A stretch of DNA of 64,000 bases from positions 9,495,200 through 9,559,199 of the forward strand of contig CM082593.2 in assembly GCA_040954595.2 (NCBI GenBank). Reading direction: 5' to 3'. Position numbers and translations under genes: made by a program. The first letter of the stretch is position 1, and each line of letters starts with the position of its first letter. The DNA is from Balanoglossus misakiensis. Its lineage: Eukaryota > Animalia > Hemichordata. This document shows positions 49,701 to 64,000 of this stretch, piece by piece. The notes below the pieces were generated by a model that searched no databases, had not been told where the DNA came from, and worked only from the letters and a program-made list of their open reading frames with translations.

Positions 49701-52700
49701 GCAAGCTCTGCACTTTGACATGGGTATAAAATGCCTACTGGGGGATTTAAAGTTGTCTGTAAATCCCTGGGTTAATACGTGGCGGAAAGCACTGTACTTG
49801 GACATTGCATATGCAATGGTGACATTGAATGGGATTCTTTGCATTAGGGCAAATGGCGAAGCAAGCTCAATGATGCATCAGAGTAGATGGTGATGCAAAC
49901 TCTGCACTTTCACATGGGTATTTAATGTTAAATGTAAATCCATAGGTTAATACGTGGCCAAAAGCACTCTAATTTGACATTGCTAATGCAACGATGACAT
50001 TGAATCTGATTCTTTGCATCAGGGCAAATGGCGAAGCAAGGTTGATGATGCATCAGGGTAGATAGTGATGCAATCACTTCAATTTGACATGGGTATTAAA
50101 TGCATATGGGGATTTCAAGTTGATGATAAATCCCTGGGTTAATACGTGTCCAAAAGCACTGTACTTTGACATTGCTAATGTAACGATGACATTGAATCTG
50201 ATTCTTTGCATCAGGGTAAATGGCGTAGCAAGCTTTATGATGCATCAGGGTAGATAGTGATGCAAACACTTCACTTTGACATGGGTATTAAATGCATATG
50301 GGGATTTCAGGTTGTTGAAAAATCTGTGGGTTAATACGTGTCGAAAAGCACTGTACTTTGACATTGCTAATGCAATGATGACATTGAATCTGATTCTTTG
50401 CATCAGGGTAAATGGCGAAGCAAGGTTGATTATGCATCAGGGTAGATAGTGATGCAAGCTCTGCACTTTGACATGGGTATAAAATGCCTACAGGGGGATT
50501 TAAAGTTGTCTGTAAATCCCTGAGTTAATACGTGTCCAAAAGCACTGTACTTTGACATTGCTAATGCAACGATGACATTGAATCTGATTCTTTGCATCAG
50601 GGCAAATGGCGAAGCAAGGTTGATGATGCATCAGGGTAGATAGTGATGCAATCACTTCACTTTGACATGGGTATTAAATGCATATGGGGATTTCAAGTTG
50701 ATGATAAATCCCTGGGTTAATACGTGTCCAAAAGCACTGTACTTTGACATTGCTAATGCAACGATGACATTGAATCTGATTCTTTGCATCAGGGCAAATG
50801 GCGAAGCAAGGTTGATGATGCATCAAGGTAGATAGTGATGCAATCACTTCACTTTGACATGGGTATTAAATGCATATGGGGATTTCAAGTTGATGATAAA
50901 TCCCTGGGTTAATACGTGTCCAAAAGCACTGTACTTTGACATTGCTAATGCAACGATGACATTGAATCTGATTCTTTGCATCAGGGTAAATGGCGTAGCA
51001 AGCTTTATGATGCATCAGGGTAGATAGTGATGCTAACACTTAACTTTGACATGGGTATTAAATGCATATGGGGATTTCAAGTTGATGATAAATCCCTGGG
51101 TTAATACGTGTCCAAAAGCACTGTACTTTGACATTGCTAATGTAACGATGACATTGAATATGATTCTTTGCATCAGGGTAAATGGCGTAGCAAGCTTTAT
51201 GATGCATCAGGGTAGATAGTGATGCAAACACTTCACTTTGACATGGGTATTAAATGCATATGGGGATTTCAGGTTGTTGAAAAATCTGTGGGTTAATACG
51301 TGTCGAAAAGCACTGTACTTTGACATTGCTAATGCAATGATGACATTAAATCTGATTCTTTGCATCAGGGTAAATGGCGTAGCAAGCTTTATGATGCATC
51401 AGGGTAGATAGTGTTGCAAACACTTTACTTTGACATGGGTATAAAATGCCTACAGGGGGATTTAAAGTTGTCTGTAAATCCCTGGGTTAATACGTGTCCA
51501 AAAGCACTGTACTTTGACATTGCTAATGCAACGATGACATTGAATCTGATTCTTTGCATCAGGGTAAATGGCGAAGCAAGGTTGATTATGCATCAGGGTA
51601 GATAGTGATGCAAGCTCTGCACTTTGACATGGGTATAAAATGCCTACAGGGGGATTTAAAGTTGTCTGTAAATCCCTGGGTTAATATGTGGCGGAAAGCA
51701 CTGTACTTTGACATTGCATATGCAATGGTGACATTGAATGGGATTCTTTGCATTAGGGCAATTGGCGAAGCAAGCTCAATGATGCATCAGAGTAGATGGT
51801 GATGCAAACTCTGCACTTTCACATGGGTATTTAATGTTAAATGTAAATCCATAGGTTAATACGTGGCCAAAAGCACTCTAATTTGACATTGCTAATGCAA
51901 CGATGACATTGAATCTGATTCTTTGCATCAGGGCAAATGGCGAAGCAAGGTTGATGATGCATCAAGGTAGATAGTGATGCAATCACTTCACTTTGACATG
52001 GGTATTAAATGCATATGGGGATTTCAAGTTGATGATAAATCCCTGGGTTAATACGTGTCCAAAAGCACTGTACTTTGACATTGCTGATGTAACGATGACA
52101 TTGAATATGATTCTTTGCATCAGGGTAAATGGCGTAGCAAGCTTTATGATGCATCAGGGTAGATAGTGATGCAAACACTTCACTTTGACATGGGTATTAA
52201 ATGCATATGGGGATTTCAGGTTGTTGAAAAATCTGTGGGTTAATACGTGTCGAAAAGCACTGTACTTTGACATTGCTAATGCAATGATGACATTGAATCT
52301 GATTCTTTGCATCAGGGTAAATGGCGTAGCAAGCTTTATGATGCATCAGGGTAGATAGTGATGCAAACACTTCACTTTGACATGGGTATTAAATGCATAT
52401 GGGGGTTTCAGGTTGTTGAAAAATCTGTGGGTTAATACGTGTCCAAAAGCACTGTACTTTGACATTGCTAATGCAATGATGACATTGAATATGATTCTTT
52501 GCATCAGGGTAAATGGCGTAGCAAGCTTTATGATGCATCAGGGTAGATAGTGTTGCAAACACTTCACTTTGACATGGGTATAAAATGCCTACAGGGGGAT
52601 TTAAAGTTGTCTGTAAATCCCTGAGTTAATACGTGTCCAAAAGCACTGTACTTTGACATTGCTAATGCAACGATGACATTGAATCTGATTCTTTGCATCA

Positions 52701-55700
52701 GGGTAAATGGCGAAGCAAGGTTGATTATGCATCAGGGTAGATAGTGATGCAAGCTCTGCACTTTGACATGGGTTTAAAATGCCTACAGGGGGATTTAAAG
52801 TTGTCTGTAAATCCCTGGGTTAATACGTGGCTGAAAAGCACTGTACTTTGACATTGCATGGCGAAGCAAGCTCAATGATGCATCAGAGTAGATGGTGATG
52901 CAAACTCTGCACTTTCACATGGGTATTTAATGTTAAATGTAAATCCATAGGTTAATACGTGCCAAAAGCACTCTAATTTGACATTGCTAATGCAACGATG
53001 ACATTGAATCTGATTCTTTGCATCAGGCCAAATGGCGAAGCAAGGTTGACGATGCATCAGGATAGATAGTGATGCAATCACTTCACTTTGACATGGGTAT
53101 TAAATGCATATGGGGATTTCAAGTTGATGATAAATCCCTGGGTTAATATGTGTCCAAAAGCACTGTACTTTGACATTGCTAATGTAACGGTGACAATGAA
53201 TCTGATTCTTTGCATCAGGGCAAATGGCGTAGCAAGCTTTATGATGCATCAGGGTAGATAGTGATGCAAACACTTCACTTTGACATCGGTATTAAATGCA
53301 TATGGGGATTTCAGGTTGTTGAAAAACCTGTGGGTTAATACGTGTCGAAAAGCACTGTACTTTGACATTGCTAATGCAATGATGACATTGAATCTGATTC
53401 TTTGCATCAGGGTAAATGGCGTAGCAAGCTTTATGATGCATCAGGGTAGATAGTGATGCAAACACTTCACTTTGACATGGGTATAAAATGCCTACAGGGG
53501 GATTTAAAGTTGTCTGTAAATCCCTGGGTTAATACGTGTCCAAAAGCACTGTACTTTGACATTGCTAATGCAACGATGACATTGAATCTGATTCTTTGCA
53601 TCAGGGTAAATGGCGAAGCAAGGTTGATGATGCATCAGGGTAGATAGTGATGCAAGCTCTGCACTTTGACATGGGTATAAAATGCCTACAGGGGGATTTA
53701 AAGTTGTCTGTAAATCCCTGGGTTAATACGTGGCGGAAAGCACTGTACTTTGACATTGCATATGCAATGGTGACATTGAATGGGATTCTTTGCATTAGGG
53801 CAAATGGCGAAGCAAGCTCAATGATGCATCAGAGTAGATGATGATGCAAACTCTGCACTTTCACATGGGTATTTAATGTTAAATGTAAATCCATAGGTTA
53901 ATACGTGGCCAAAAGCACCCTAATTTGACATTGCTAATGGAACGATGACATTGAATCTGATTCTTTGCATCAGGGCAAATGGCGAAGCAAGGTTGATGAT
54001 GCATCAGGGTAGATAGTGATGCAATCACTTCACTTTGACATTGGTATTAAATGCATATGGGGATTTCAAATTGATGATAAATCCCTGGGTTAATACATGT
54101 CCAAAAGCACTGTACTTTGACATTGCTAATGCAACGATGACATTGAATCTGATTCTTTGCATCAGGGTAAATGGCGTAGCAAGCTTTATGATGCATCAGG
54201 GTAGATAGTGATGCAAACACTTCACTTTGACATGGGTATTAAATGCATATGGGGATTTCAGGTTGTTGAAAAATCTGTGGGTTAATACGTGTCCAAAAGC
54301 ACTGTACTTTGACATTGCTAATGCAACGATGACATTGAATCTGATTCTTTGCATCTGGGCAAATGGCGAAGCAAGGTTGATGATGCATCAGGGTAGATAG
54401 TGATGCAATCACTTCACTTTGACATGGGTATTAAATGCACATGGGGATTTCAGGTTGTTGAAAAATCTGTGGGTTAATACGTGTCCAAAAGCACTGTACT
54501 TTGACATTGCTAATGCAACGATGACATTGAATCTGATTCTTTGCATCAGGGTAAATGGCGTAGCAAGCTTTATGACGCATCAGGGTAGATAGTGATGCAA
54601 ACACTTCACTTTGACATGGGTATTAAATGCATATGGGGATTTCAGGTTGTTGAAAAATCTGTGGGTTAATACGTGTCCAAAAGCACTGTACTTTGACATT
54701 GCTAATGCAATGATGACATTGAATCTGATTCTTTGCATCAGGGTAAATGGCGTAGCAAGCTTTATGACGCATCAGGGTAGATAGTGATGCAAACACTTCA
54801 CTTTGACATGGGTATAAAATGCCTACAGGGGGATTTAAAGTTGTCTGTAAATCCCTGGGTTAATACGTGTCCAAAAGCACTGTACTTTGACATTGCTAAT
54901 GCAGCGATGACATTGAATCTGATTCTTTGCATCAGGGTAAATGGCGAAGCAAGGTTGATGAAGCATCAGGGTAGATAGTGATGCAAGCTCTGCACTTTGA
55001 CATGGGTATAAAATGCCTACAGGGGGATTTAAAGTTGTCTGTAAATCCCTGGGTTAATACGTGGCTGAAAGCACTGTACTTTGACATTGCATATGCAATG
55101 GTGACATTGAATGGGATTCTTTGCATTAGGGCAAATGGCGAAGCAAGCTCAATGATGCATCAGAGTAGATGGTGATGCAAACTCTGCACTTTCACATGGG
55201 TATTTAATGTTAAATGTAAATCCATAGGTTAATACGTGGCCAAAAGCACTCTAATTTGACATTGCTAATGCAACGATGACATTGAGTCTGATTCTTTGCA
55301 TCAGGGTAAATGGCGAAGCAAGGTTGATGATGCATCAGGGTAGATAGTGATGCAATCACTTCACTTTGACATGGGTATTAAATGCATATGGGGATTTCAA
55401 GTTGATGATAAATCCCTGGGTTAATACGTGTCCAAAAGCACTGTACTTTGACATTGCTAATGCAACGATGACATTGAATCTGATTCTTTGCATCAGGGTA
55501 AATGGCGTAGCAAGCTTTATGATGCATCAGGGTAGATAGTGATGCAAACACTTAACTTTGACATGGGTATAAAATGCCTACAGGGGGATTTAAAGTTGTC
55601 TGTAAATCCCTGGGTTAATACGTGTCCAAAAGCACTGTACTTTGACATTGCTAATGCAGCGATGACATTGAATCTGATTCTTTGCATCAGGGTAAATGGC

Positions 55701-58700
55701 GAAGCAAGGTTGATGAAGCATCAGGGTAGATAGTGATGCAAGCTCTGCACTTTGACATGGGTATAAAATGCCTACAGGGGGATTTAAAGTTGTCTGTAAA
55801 TCCCTGGGTTAATACGTGGCTGAAAGCACTGTACTTTGACATTGCATATGCAATGGTGACATTGAATGGGATTCTTTGCATTAGGGCAAATGGCGAAGCA
55901 AGCTCAATGATGCATCAGAGTAGATGGTGATGCAAACTCTGCACTTTCACATGGGTATTTAATGTTAAATGTAAATCCATAGGTTAATACGTGGCCAAAA
56001 GCACTCTAATTTGACATTGCTAATGGAACGATGACATTGAATCTGATTCTTTGCATCAGGGCAAATGGCGAAGCAAGGTTGATGATGCATCAGGGTAGAT
56101 AGTGATGCAATCACTTAACTTTGACATGGGTATTAAATGCATATGGGGATTTCAAGTTGATGATAAATCCCTGGGTTAATACGTGTCCAAAAGCACTGTA
56201 CTTTGACATTGCTAATGCAACGATGACATTGAATCTGATTCTCAGCATCAGGGCAAATGGCGAAGCAAGGTTGATGATGCATCAGGGTAGATAGTGATGC
56301 AATCACTTCACTTTGACATTGGTATTAAATGCATATGGGGATTTCAAGTTGATGATAAATCCCTGGGTTAATACGTGTCCAAAAGCACTGTACTTTGACA
56401 TTGCTAATGCAATGATGACATTGAATCTGATTCTTTGCATCAGGGTATATGGCGTAGCAAGCTTTATGATGCATCAGGGTAGCTAGTGATGCAAACACTT
56501 CACTTTGACATGGGTATTAAATGCATATGGGGATTTCAGGTTGTTGAAAAATCTGTGGGTTAATACGTGTCCAAAAGCACTGTACTTTGACATTGCTAAT
56601 GCAACGATGACATTGAATCTGATTCTTTGCATCAGGGTAAATGGCGTAGCAAGCTTTATGACGCATCAGGGTAGATAGTGATGCAAACACTTCACTTTGA
56701 CATGGGTATAAAATGCCTACAGGGGGATTTAAAGTTGTCTGTAAATCCCTGGGTTAATACGTGGCTGAAAGCACTGTACTTTGACATTGCATATGCAATG
56801 GTGACATTGAATGGGATTCTTTGCATTGGGGCAAATGGCGAAGCAAGCTCAATGATGCATCAGAGTAGATGGTGATGCAAACTCTGCACTTTCACATGGG
56901 TATTTAATGTTAAATGTAAATCCATAGGTTAATACGTGGCCAAAAGCACTCTAATTTGACATTGCTAATGGAACGATGACATTGAATCTGATTCTTTGCA
57001 TCTGGGCAAATGGCGAAGCAAGGTTGATGATGCATCAGGGTAGATAGTGATGCAATCACTTCACTTTGACATGGGTATTAAATGCATATGGGGATTTCAA
57101 GTTGATGATAAATCGCTGGGTTAATACGTGTCCAAAAGCACTGTACTTTGACATTGCTAATGTAACGATGACATTGAATCTGATTCTTTGCATCAGGGTA
57201 AATGGCGTAGCAAGCTTTATGATGCATCAGGGTAGATAGTGATGCAAACACTTCACTTTGACATGGGTATTAAATGCATATGGGGATTTCAGGTTGTTGA
57301 AAAATCTGTGGGTTAATACGTGTCCAAAAGCACTGTACTTTGACATTGCTAATGCAATGATGACATTGAATCTGATTCTTTGCATCAGGGTATATGGCGT
57401 AGCAAGCTTTATGATGCATCAGGGTAGCTAGTGATGCAAACACTTCACTTTGACATGGGTATTAAATGCATATGGGGATTTCAGGTTGTTGAAAAATCTG
57501 TGGGTTAATACGTGTCCAAAAGCACTGTACTTTGACATTGCTAATGCAACGATGACATTGAATCTGATTCTTTGCATCAGGGTAAATGGCGTAGCAAGCT
57601 TTATGACGCATCAGGGTAGATAGTGATGCAAACACTTCACTTTGACATGGGTATAAAATGCCTACAGGGGGATTTAAAGTTGTCTGTAAATCCCTGGGTT
57701 AATACGTGGCTGAAAGCACTGTACTTTGACATTGCATATGCAATGGTGACATTGAATGGGATTCTTTGCATTGGGGCAAATGGCGAAGCAAGCTCAATGA
57801 TGCATCAGAGTAGATGGTGATGCAAACTCTGCACTTTCACATGGGTATTTAATGTTAAATGTAAATCCATAGGTTAATACGTGGCCAAAAGCACTCTAAT
57901 TTGACATTGCTAATGGAACGATGACATTGAATCTGATTCTTTGCATCTGGGCAAATGGCGAAGCAAGGTTGATGATGCATCAGGGTAGATAGTGATGCAA
58001 TCACTTCACTTTGACATGGGTATTAAATGCATATGGGGATTTCAAGTTGATGATAAATCGCTGGGTTAATACGTGTCCAAAAGCACTGTACTTTGACATT
58101 GCTAATGTAACGATGACATTGAATCTGATTCTTTGCATCAGGGTAAATGGCGTAGCAAGCTTTATGATGCATCAGGGTAGATAGTGATGCAAACACTTCA
58201 CTTTGACATGGGTATTAAATGCATATGGGGATTTCAGGTTGTTGAAAAATCTGTGGGTTAATACGTGTCGAAAAGCACTGTACTTTGACATTGCTAATGC
58301 AATGATGACATTGAATCTGATTCTTTGCATCAGGGTAAATGGCGAAGCAAGGTTGATTATGCATCAGGGTAGATAGTGATGCAAGCCCTTCACTTTGACA
58401 TGTGTATAAAATGCCTACAGGGGGATTTAAAGTTGTCTGTAAATCCCTGGGTTAATACGTGTCCAAAAGCACTGTACTTTGACATTGCTAATGCAACGAT
58501 GACATTGAATCTGATTCTTTGCATCAGGGTAAATGGCGAAGCAAGGTTGATTATGCATCAGGGTAGATAGTGATGCAAACACTTCACTTTGACATGGGTA
58601 TAAAATGCCTACAGGGGGATTTAAAGTTGTCTGTAAATCCCTGGGTTAATACGTGGCTGAAAGCACTGTACTTTGACATTGCATATGCAATGGTGACATT

Positions 58701-61700
58701 GAATGGGATTCTTTGCATTAGGGCAAATGGCGAAGCAAGCTCAATGATGCATCAGAGTAGATGGTGATGCAAACTCTGCACTTTCACATGGGTATTTAAT
58801 GTTAAATGTAAATCCATAGGTTAATACGTGGCCAAAAGCACTCTAATTTGACATTGCTAATGGAACGATGACATTGAATCTGATTCTTTGCATCATGGCA
58901 AATGGCGAAGCAAGGTTTATGATGCATCAGAGTAGATAGTGATGCAATCACTTCACTTTGACATTGGTATTAAATGCATATGGGGATTTCAAGTTGATGA
59001 TAAATCCCTGGGTTAATACGTGTCCAAAAGCACTATAATTTGACATTGCTAATGCAACGATGACATTGAATCTGATTCTTTGCATCAGGGTATATGGCGT
59101 AGCAAGCTTTATGATGCATCAGGGTAGATAGTAATGCAAACACTTCACTTTGACATGGGTATTAAATGCATATGAGGATTTCAGGTTGTTGAAAAATCTG
59201 TGGGTTAATACGTGTCCAAAAGCACTGTACTTTGACATTGCTAATGCAACGATGACATTGATTATGATTCTTTGCATCAGGGTAAATGGCGTAGAAAGCT
59301 TTATGATGCATCAGGGTAGATAGTGATGCAATCACTTCACTTTGACATTGGTATTAAATGCATATGGGGATTTCAAGTTGATGATAAATCCCTGGGTTAA
59401 TACGTGTCCAAAAGCACTGTACTTTGACATTGCTAATGCAATGATGACATTGAATCTGATTCTTTGCATCAGGGTATATGGCGTAGCAAGCTTTATGATG
59501 CATCAGGGTAGCTAGTGATGCAAACACTTCACTTTGACATGGGTATTAAATGCATATGGGGATTTCAGGTTGTTGAAAAATCTGTGGGTTAATACGTGTC
59601 CAAAAGCACTGTACTTTGACATTGCTAATGCAACGATGACATTGAATCTGATTCTTTGCATCAGGGTAAATGGCGTAGCAAGCTTTATGACGCATCAGGG
59701 TAGATAGTGATGCAAACACTTCACTTTGACATGGGTATAAAATGCCTACAGGGGGATTTAAAGTTGTCTGTAAATCCCTGGGTTAATACGTGGCTGAAAG
59801 CACTGTACTTTGACATTGCATATGCAATGGTGACATTGAATGGGATTCTTTGCATTGGGGCAAATGGCGAAGCAAGCTCAATGATGCATCAGAGTAGATG
59901 GTGATGCAAACTCTGCACTTTCACATGGGTATTTAATGTTAAATGTAAATCCATAGGTTAATACGTGGCCAAAAGCACTCTAATTTGACATTGCTAATGG
60001 AACGATGACATTGAATCTGATTCTTTGCATCTGGGCAAATGGCGAAGCAAGGTTGATGATGCATCAGGGTAGATAGTGATGCAATCACTTCACTTTGACA
60101 TGGGTATTAAATGCATATGGGGATTTCAAGTTGATGATAAATCGCTGGGTTAATACGTGTCCAAAAGCACTGTACTTTGACATTGCTAATGTAACGATGA
60201 CATTGAATCTGATTCTTTGCATCAGGGTAAATGGCGTAGCAAGCTTTATGATGCATCAGGGTAGATAGTGATGCAAACACTTCACTTTGACATGGGTATT
60301 AAATGCATATGGGGATTTCAGGTTGTTGAAAAATCTGTGGGTTAATACGTGTCGAAAAGCACTGTACTTTGACATTGCTAATGCAATGATGACATTGAAT
60401 CTGATTCTTTGCATCAGGGTAAATGGCGAAGCAAGGTTGATTATGCATCAGGGTAGATAGTGATGCAAGCCCTTCACTTTGACATGTGTATAAAATGCCT
60501 ACAGGGGGATTTAAAGTTGTCTGTAAATCCCTGGGTTAATACGTGTCCAAAAGCACTGTACTTTGACATTGCTAATGCAACGATGACATTGAATCTGATT
60601 CTTTGCATCAGGGTAAATGGCGAAGCAAGGTTGATTATGCATCAGGGTAGATAGTGATGCAAACACTTCACTTTGACATGGGTATAAAATGCCTACAGGG
60701 GGATTTAAAGTTGTCTGTAAATCCCTGGGTTAATACGTGGCTGAAAGCACTGTACTTTGACATTGCATATGCAATGGTGACATTGAATGGGATTCTTTGC
60801 ATTAGGGCAAATGGCGAAGCAAGCTCAATGATGCATCAGAGTAGATGGTGATGCAAACTCTGCACTTTCACATGGGTATTTAATGTTAAATGTAAATCCA
60901 TAGGTTAATACGTGGCCAAAAGCACTCTAATTTGACATTGCTAATGGAACGATGACATTGAATCTGATTCTTTGCATCATGGCAAATGGCGAAGCAAGGT
61001 TTATGATGCATCAGAGTAGATAGTGATGCAATCACTTCACTTTGACATTGGTATTAAATGCATATGGGGATTTCAAGTTGATGATAAATCCCTGGGTTAA
61101 TACGTGTCCAAAAGCACTATAATTTGACATTGCTAATGCAACGATGACATTGAATCTGATTCTTTGCATCAGGGTATATGGCGTAGCAAGCTTTATGATG
61201 CATCAGGGTAGATAGTAATGCAAACACTTCACTTTGACATGGGTATTAAATGCATATGAGGATTTCAGGTTGTTGAAAAATCTGTGGGTTAATACGTGTC
61301 CAAAAGCACTGTACTTTGACATTGCTAATGCAACGATGACATTGATTATGATTCTTTGCATCAGGGTAAATGGCGTAGAAAGCTTTATGATGCATCAGGG
61401 TAGATAGTAATGCAAACACTTCACTTTGACATGGGTATTAAATGCATATGGGGATTTCAGGTTGTTGAAAAATCTGTGGGTTAATACGTGTCCAAAAGCA
61501 CTGTACTTTGACATTGCTAATGCAACAATGACATTGAATCTGATTCTTTGCATCAGGGTAAATGGCGTAGCAAGCTTTATGATGCATCAGGGTAGATAGT
61601 AATGCAAACACTTCACTTTGATATGGGTATTAAATGCATATGGGGATTTCAGGTTGTTGAAAAATCTGTGGGTTAATACGTGTCGAAAAGCACTGTACTT

Positions 61701-64000
61701 TGACATTGCTAATGCAATGATGACATTGAATATGATTCTTTGCATCAGGGTAAATGGCGTAGCAAGCTTTATGATGCATCAGGGTAGATAGTGATGCAAA
61801 CACTTCACTTTGACATGGGTATAAAATGCCTACAGGGGGATTTAAAGTTGTCTGTAAATCCCTGGGTTAATATGTGGCGGAAAGCACTGTACTTTGACAT
61901 TGCATATGCAATGGTGACATTGAATGGGATTCTTTGCATTAGGGCAAATGGCGAAGCAAGCTCAATTATGCATCAGAGTAGATGGTGATGCAAACTCTGC
62001 ACTTTCACATGGGTATTTAATGTTAAATGTAAATCCATAGGTTAATACGTGGCCAAAAGCACTCTAATTTGACATTACTAATGCAACGATGACATTGAAT
62101 CTGATTCTTTGCATCAGGGCAAATGGCGAAGCAAGGTTGATGATGCATCAGGGTAGATAGTGATGCAATCACTTCACTTTGACATGGGTATTAAATGCAT
62201 ATGGGGATTTCAAGTTGATGATAAATCCCTGGGTTAATACGTGTCCAAAAGCAATGTACTTTGACATTGCTAATGTAACGATGACATTGAATATGATTCT
62301 TTGCATCAGGGTAAATGGCGTAGCAAGCTTTATGATGCATCAGGGTAGATAGTGATGCAAACACTTCACTTTGACATGGGTATTAAATGCATATGGGGAA
62401 TTCAGGTTGTTGAAAAATCTGTGGGTTAATATGTGTCGAAAAGCACTGTACTTTGACATTGCTAATGCAATGATGACATTGAATCTGATTCTTTGCATTA
62501 GGGTAAATGGCGTAGCAAGGTTTATGATGCATCAGGGTAGATAGTGATGCAAACACTTCACTTTGACATGGGTATAAAATGCCTACAGGGGGATTTAAAG
62601 TTGTCTGTAAATCCCTGGGTTAATACGTGTCCAAAAGCACTGTACTTTGACATTGCTAATGCAACGATGACATTGAATCTGATTCTTTGCATCAGGGTAA
62701 ATGGCGAAGCAAGGTTGATGATGCATCAGGGTAGATAGTGATGCAAGCTCTGCACTTTGACATGGGTATAAAATGCCTACAGGGGGATTTAAAGTTGTCT
62801 GTAAATCCCTGGGTTAATACGTGGCGGATAGCACTGTACTTTGACATTGCATATGCAATGGTGACATTGAATGGGATTCTTTGCATTAGGGCAAATGGCG
62901 AAGCAAGCTCAATGATGCATCAGAGTAGATGGTGATGCAAACTGTGCACTTTCACATGGGTATTTAATGTTAAATGTAAATCCATAGGTTAATACGTGGC
63001 CAAAAGCACTCTAATTTGACATTGCAAATGGAACGATGACATTGAATCTGATTCTTTGCATCAGGGCAAATGGCGAAGCAAGGTTGATGATGCATCAGGG
63101 TAGATAGTGATGCAATCACTTCACTTTGACATGGGTATTAAATGCATATGGGGATTTCAGGTTGTTGAAAAATCTGTGGGTTAATACGTGTCGAAAAGCA
63201 CTGTACTTTGACATTGCTAATGCAATGATGACATTGAATCTGATTCTTTGCATCAGGGTAAATGGCGTAGCAAGCTTTATGATGCATCAGGGTAGATAGT
63301 GATGCAAACACTTCACTTTGACATGGGTATTAAATGCATATGGGGATTTCAGGTTGTTGAAAAATCTGTGGGTTAATACGTGTCCAAAAGCACTGTACTT
63401 TGACATTGCTAATGCAACGATGACATTGAATCTGATTCTTTGCATCAGGGTAAATGTCGTAGCAAGCTTTATGACGCATCAGGGTAGATAGTGATGCAAA
63501 CACTTCACTTTGACATGGGTATAAAATGCCTACAGGGGGATTTAAAGTTGTCTGTAAATCCCTGGGTTAATACGTGTCCAAAAACACTGTACTTTGACAT
63601 TGCTAATGCAGCGATGACATTGAATCTGATTCTTTGCATCAGGGTAAATGGGGAAGCAAGGTTGACGATGCATCAGGGTAGATAGTGATGCAAGCTCTGC
63701 ACTTTGACATGTGTATAAAATGCCTACAGGGGGATTTAAAGTTGTCTGTAAATCCCTGGGTTAATACGTGGCTGAAAGCACTGTACTTTGACATTGCATA
63801 TGCAATGGTGACATTGAATGGGATTCTTTGCATTAGGGCAAATGGCGAAGCAAGCTCAATGATGCATCAGAGTAGATGGTGATGCAAACTCTGCACTTTC
63901 ACATGGGTATTTAATGTTAAATGTAAATCCATAGGTTAATACGTGGCCAAAAGCACTCTAATTTGACATTGCTAATGGAACGATGACATTGAATCTGATT
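34763..64000 (+). repeat. Satellite DNA array with higher-order repeats (about 150 monomers of 175/192/194 bp), running off the window end
   Basis: Head-to-tail monomers beginning CACTTTGACATGGGTAT. Five recognisable monomer classes. ORF-track spacings of 194, 755, 945, 947, 1137 and 1139 equal the sums of the class lengths. Confidence 0.98.

Noticed and set aside
35310-63882. Dozens of near-identical 64-65-aa ORFs (MMQALHFDMGIKCLQGDLK...) suggesting a tandem peptide gene family
   Set aside because: They are open frames of the 194-bp monomers. Monomer lengths of 194 and 175 are not multiples of 3, the C/D classes contain stops, and there is no promoter, splice or codon evidence.
34763-64000. 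CRISPR-like repeat/spacer array
   Set aside because: The variable segments are a few recurring homologous variants, not unique spacers. There are no cas genes and the context is eukaryotic.

Overview
This is AT-rich, repeat-dominated eukaryotic DNA, most likely from a metazoan invertebrate (inferred from the transposon types). I find no intact protein-coding gene, and the ORF track is almost entirely repeat artefact. 1-15.7 kb: nested MITEs, two decayed Gln-rich exons, and a 2.6-kb foldback-like element (35-bp TIRs, inverted arrays of a palindromic 69-bp unit) carrying a BEL/Pao-type LTR-end/PBS/gag fragment. 15.7-30.7 kb: a triplicated 1.33-kb segment interleaved with an ~890-bp macrosatellite. 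The macrosatellite unit derives from the non-autonomous Helentron-like (HINE/DINE-1-type) element next to it at 30.8-32.2 kb, and it contains a truncated L2 LINE. One copy of the triplicated segment carries a double-hairpin insert. 34.76 kb to the end: a >29-kb satellite of 175/192/194-bp monomers organised into variable higher-order repeats (755, 945, 947, 1137, 1139 bp) and super-repeats (2084, 3412 bp). It begins directly after a tRNA-like A-box/B-box fragment. The window resembles a pericentromere-to-satellite-core transition, but sequence alone cannot prove centromere function. All alignments were done by eye.
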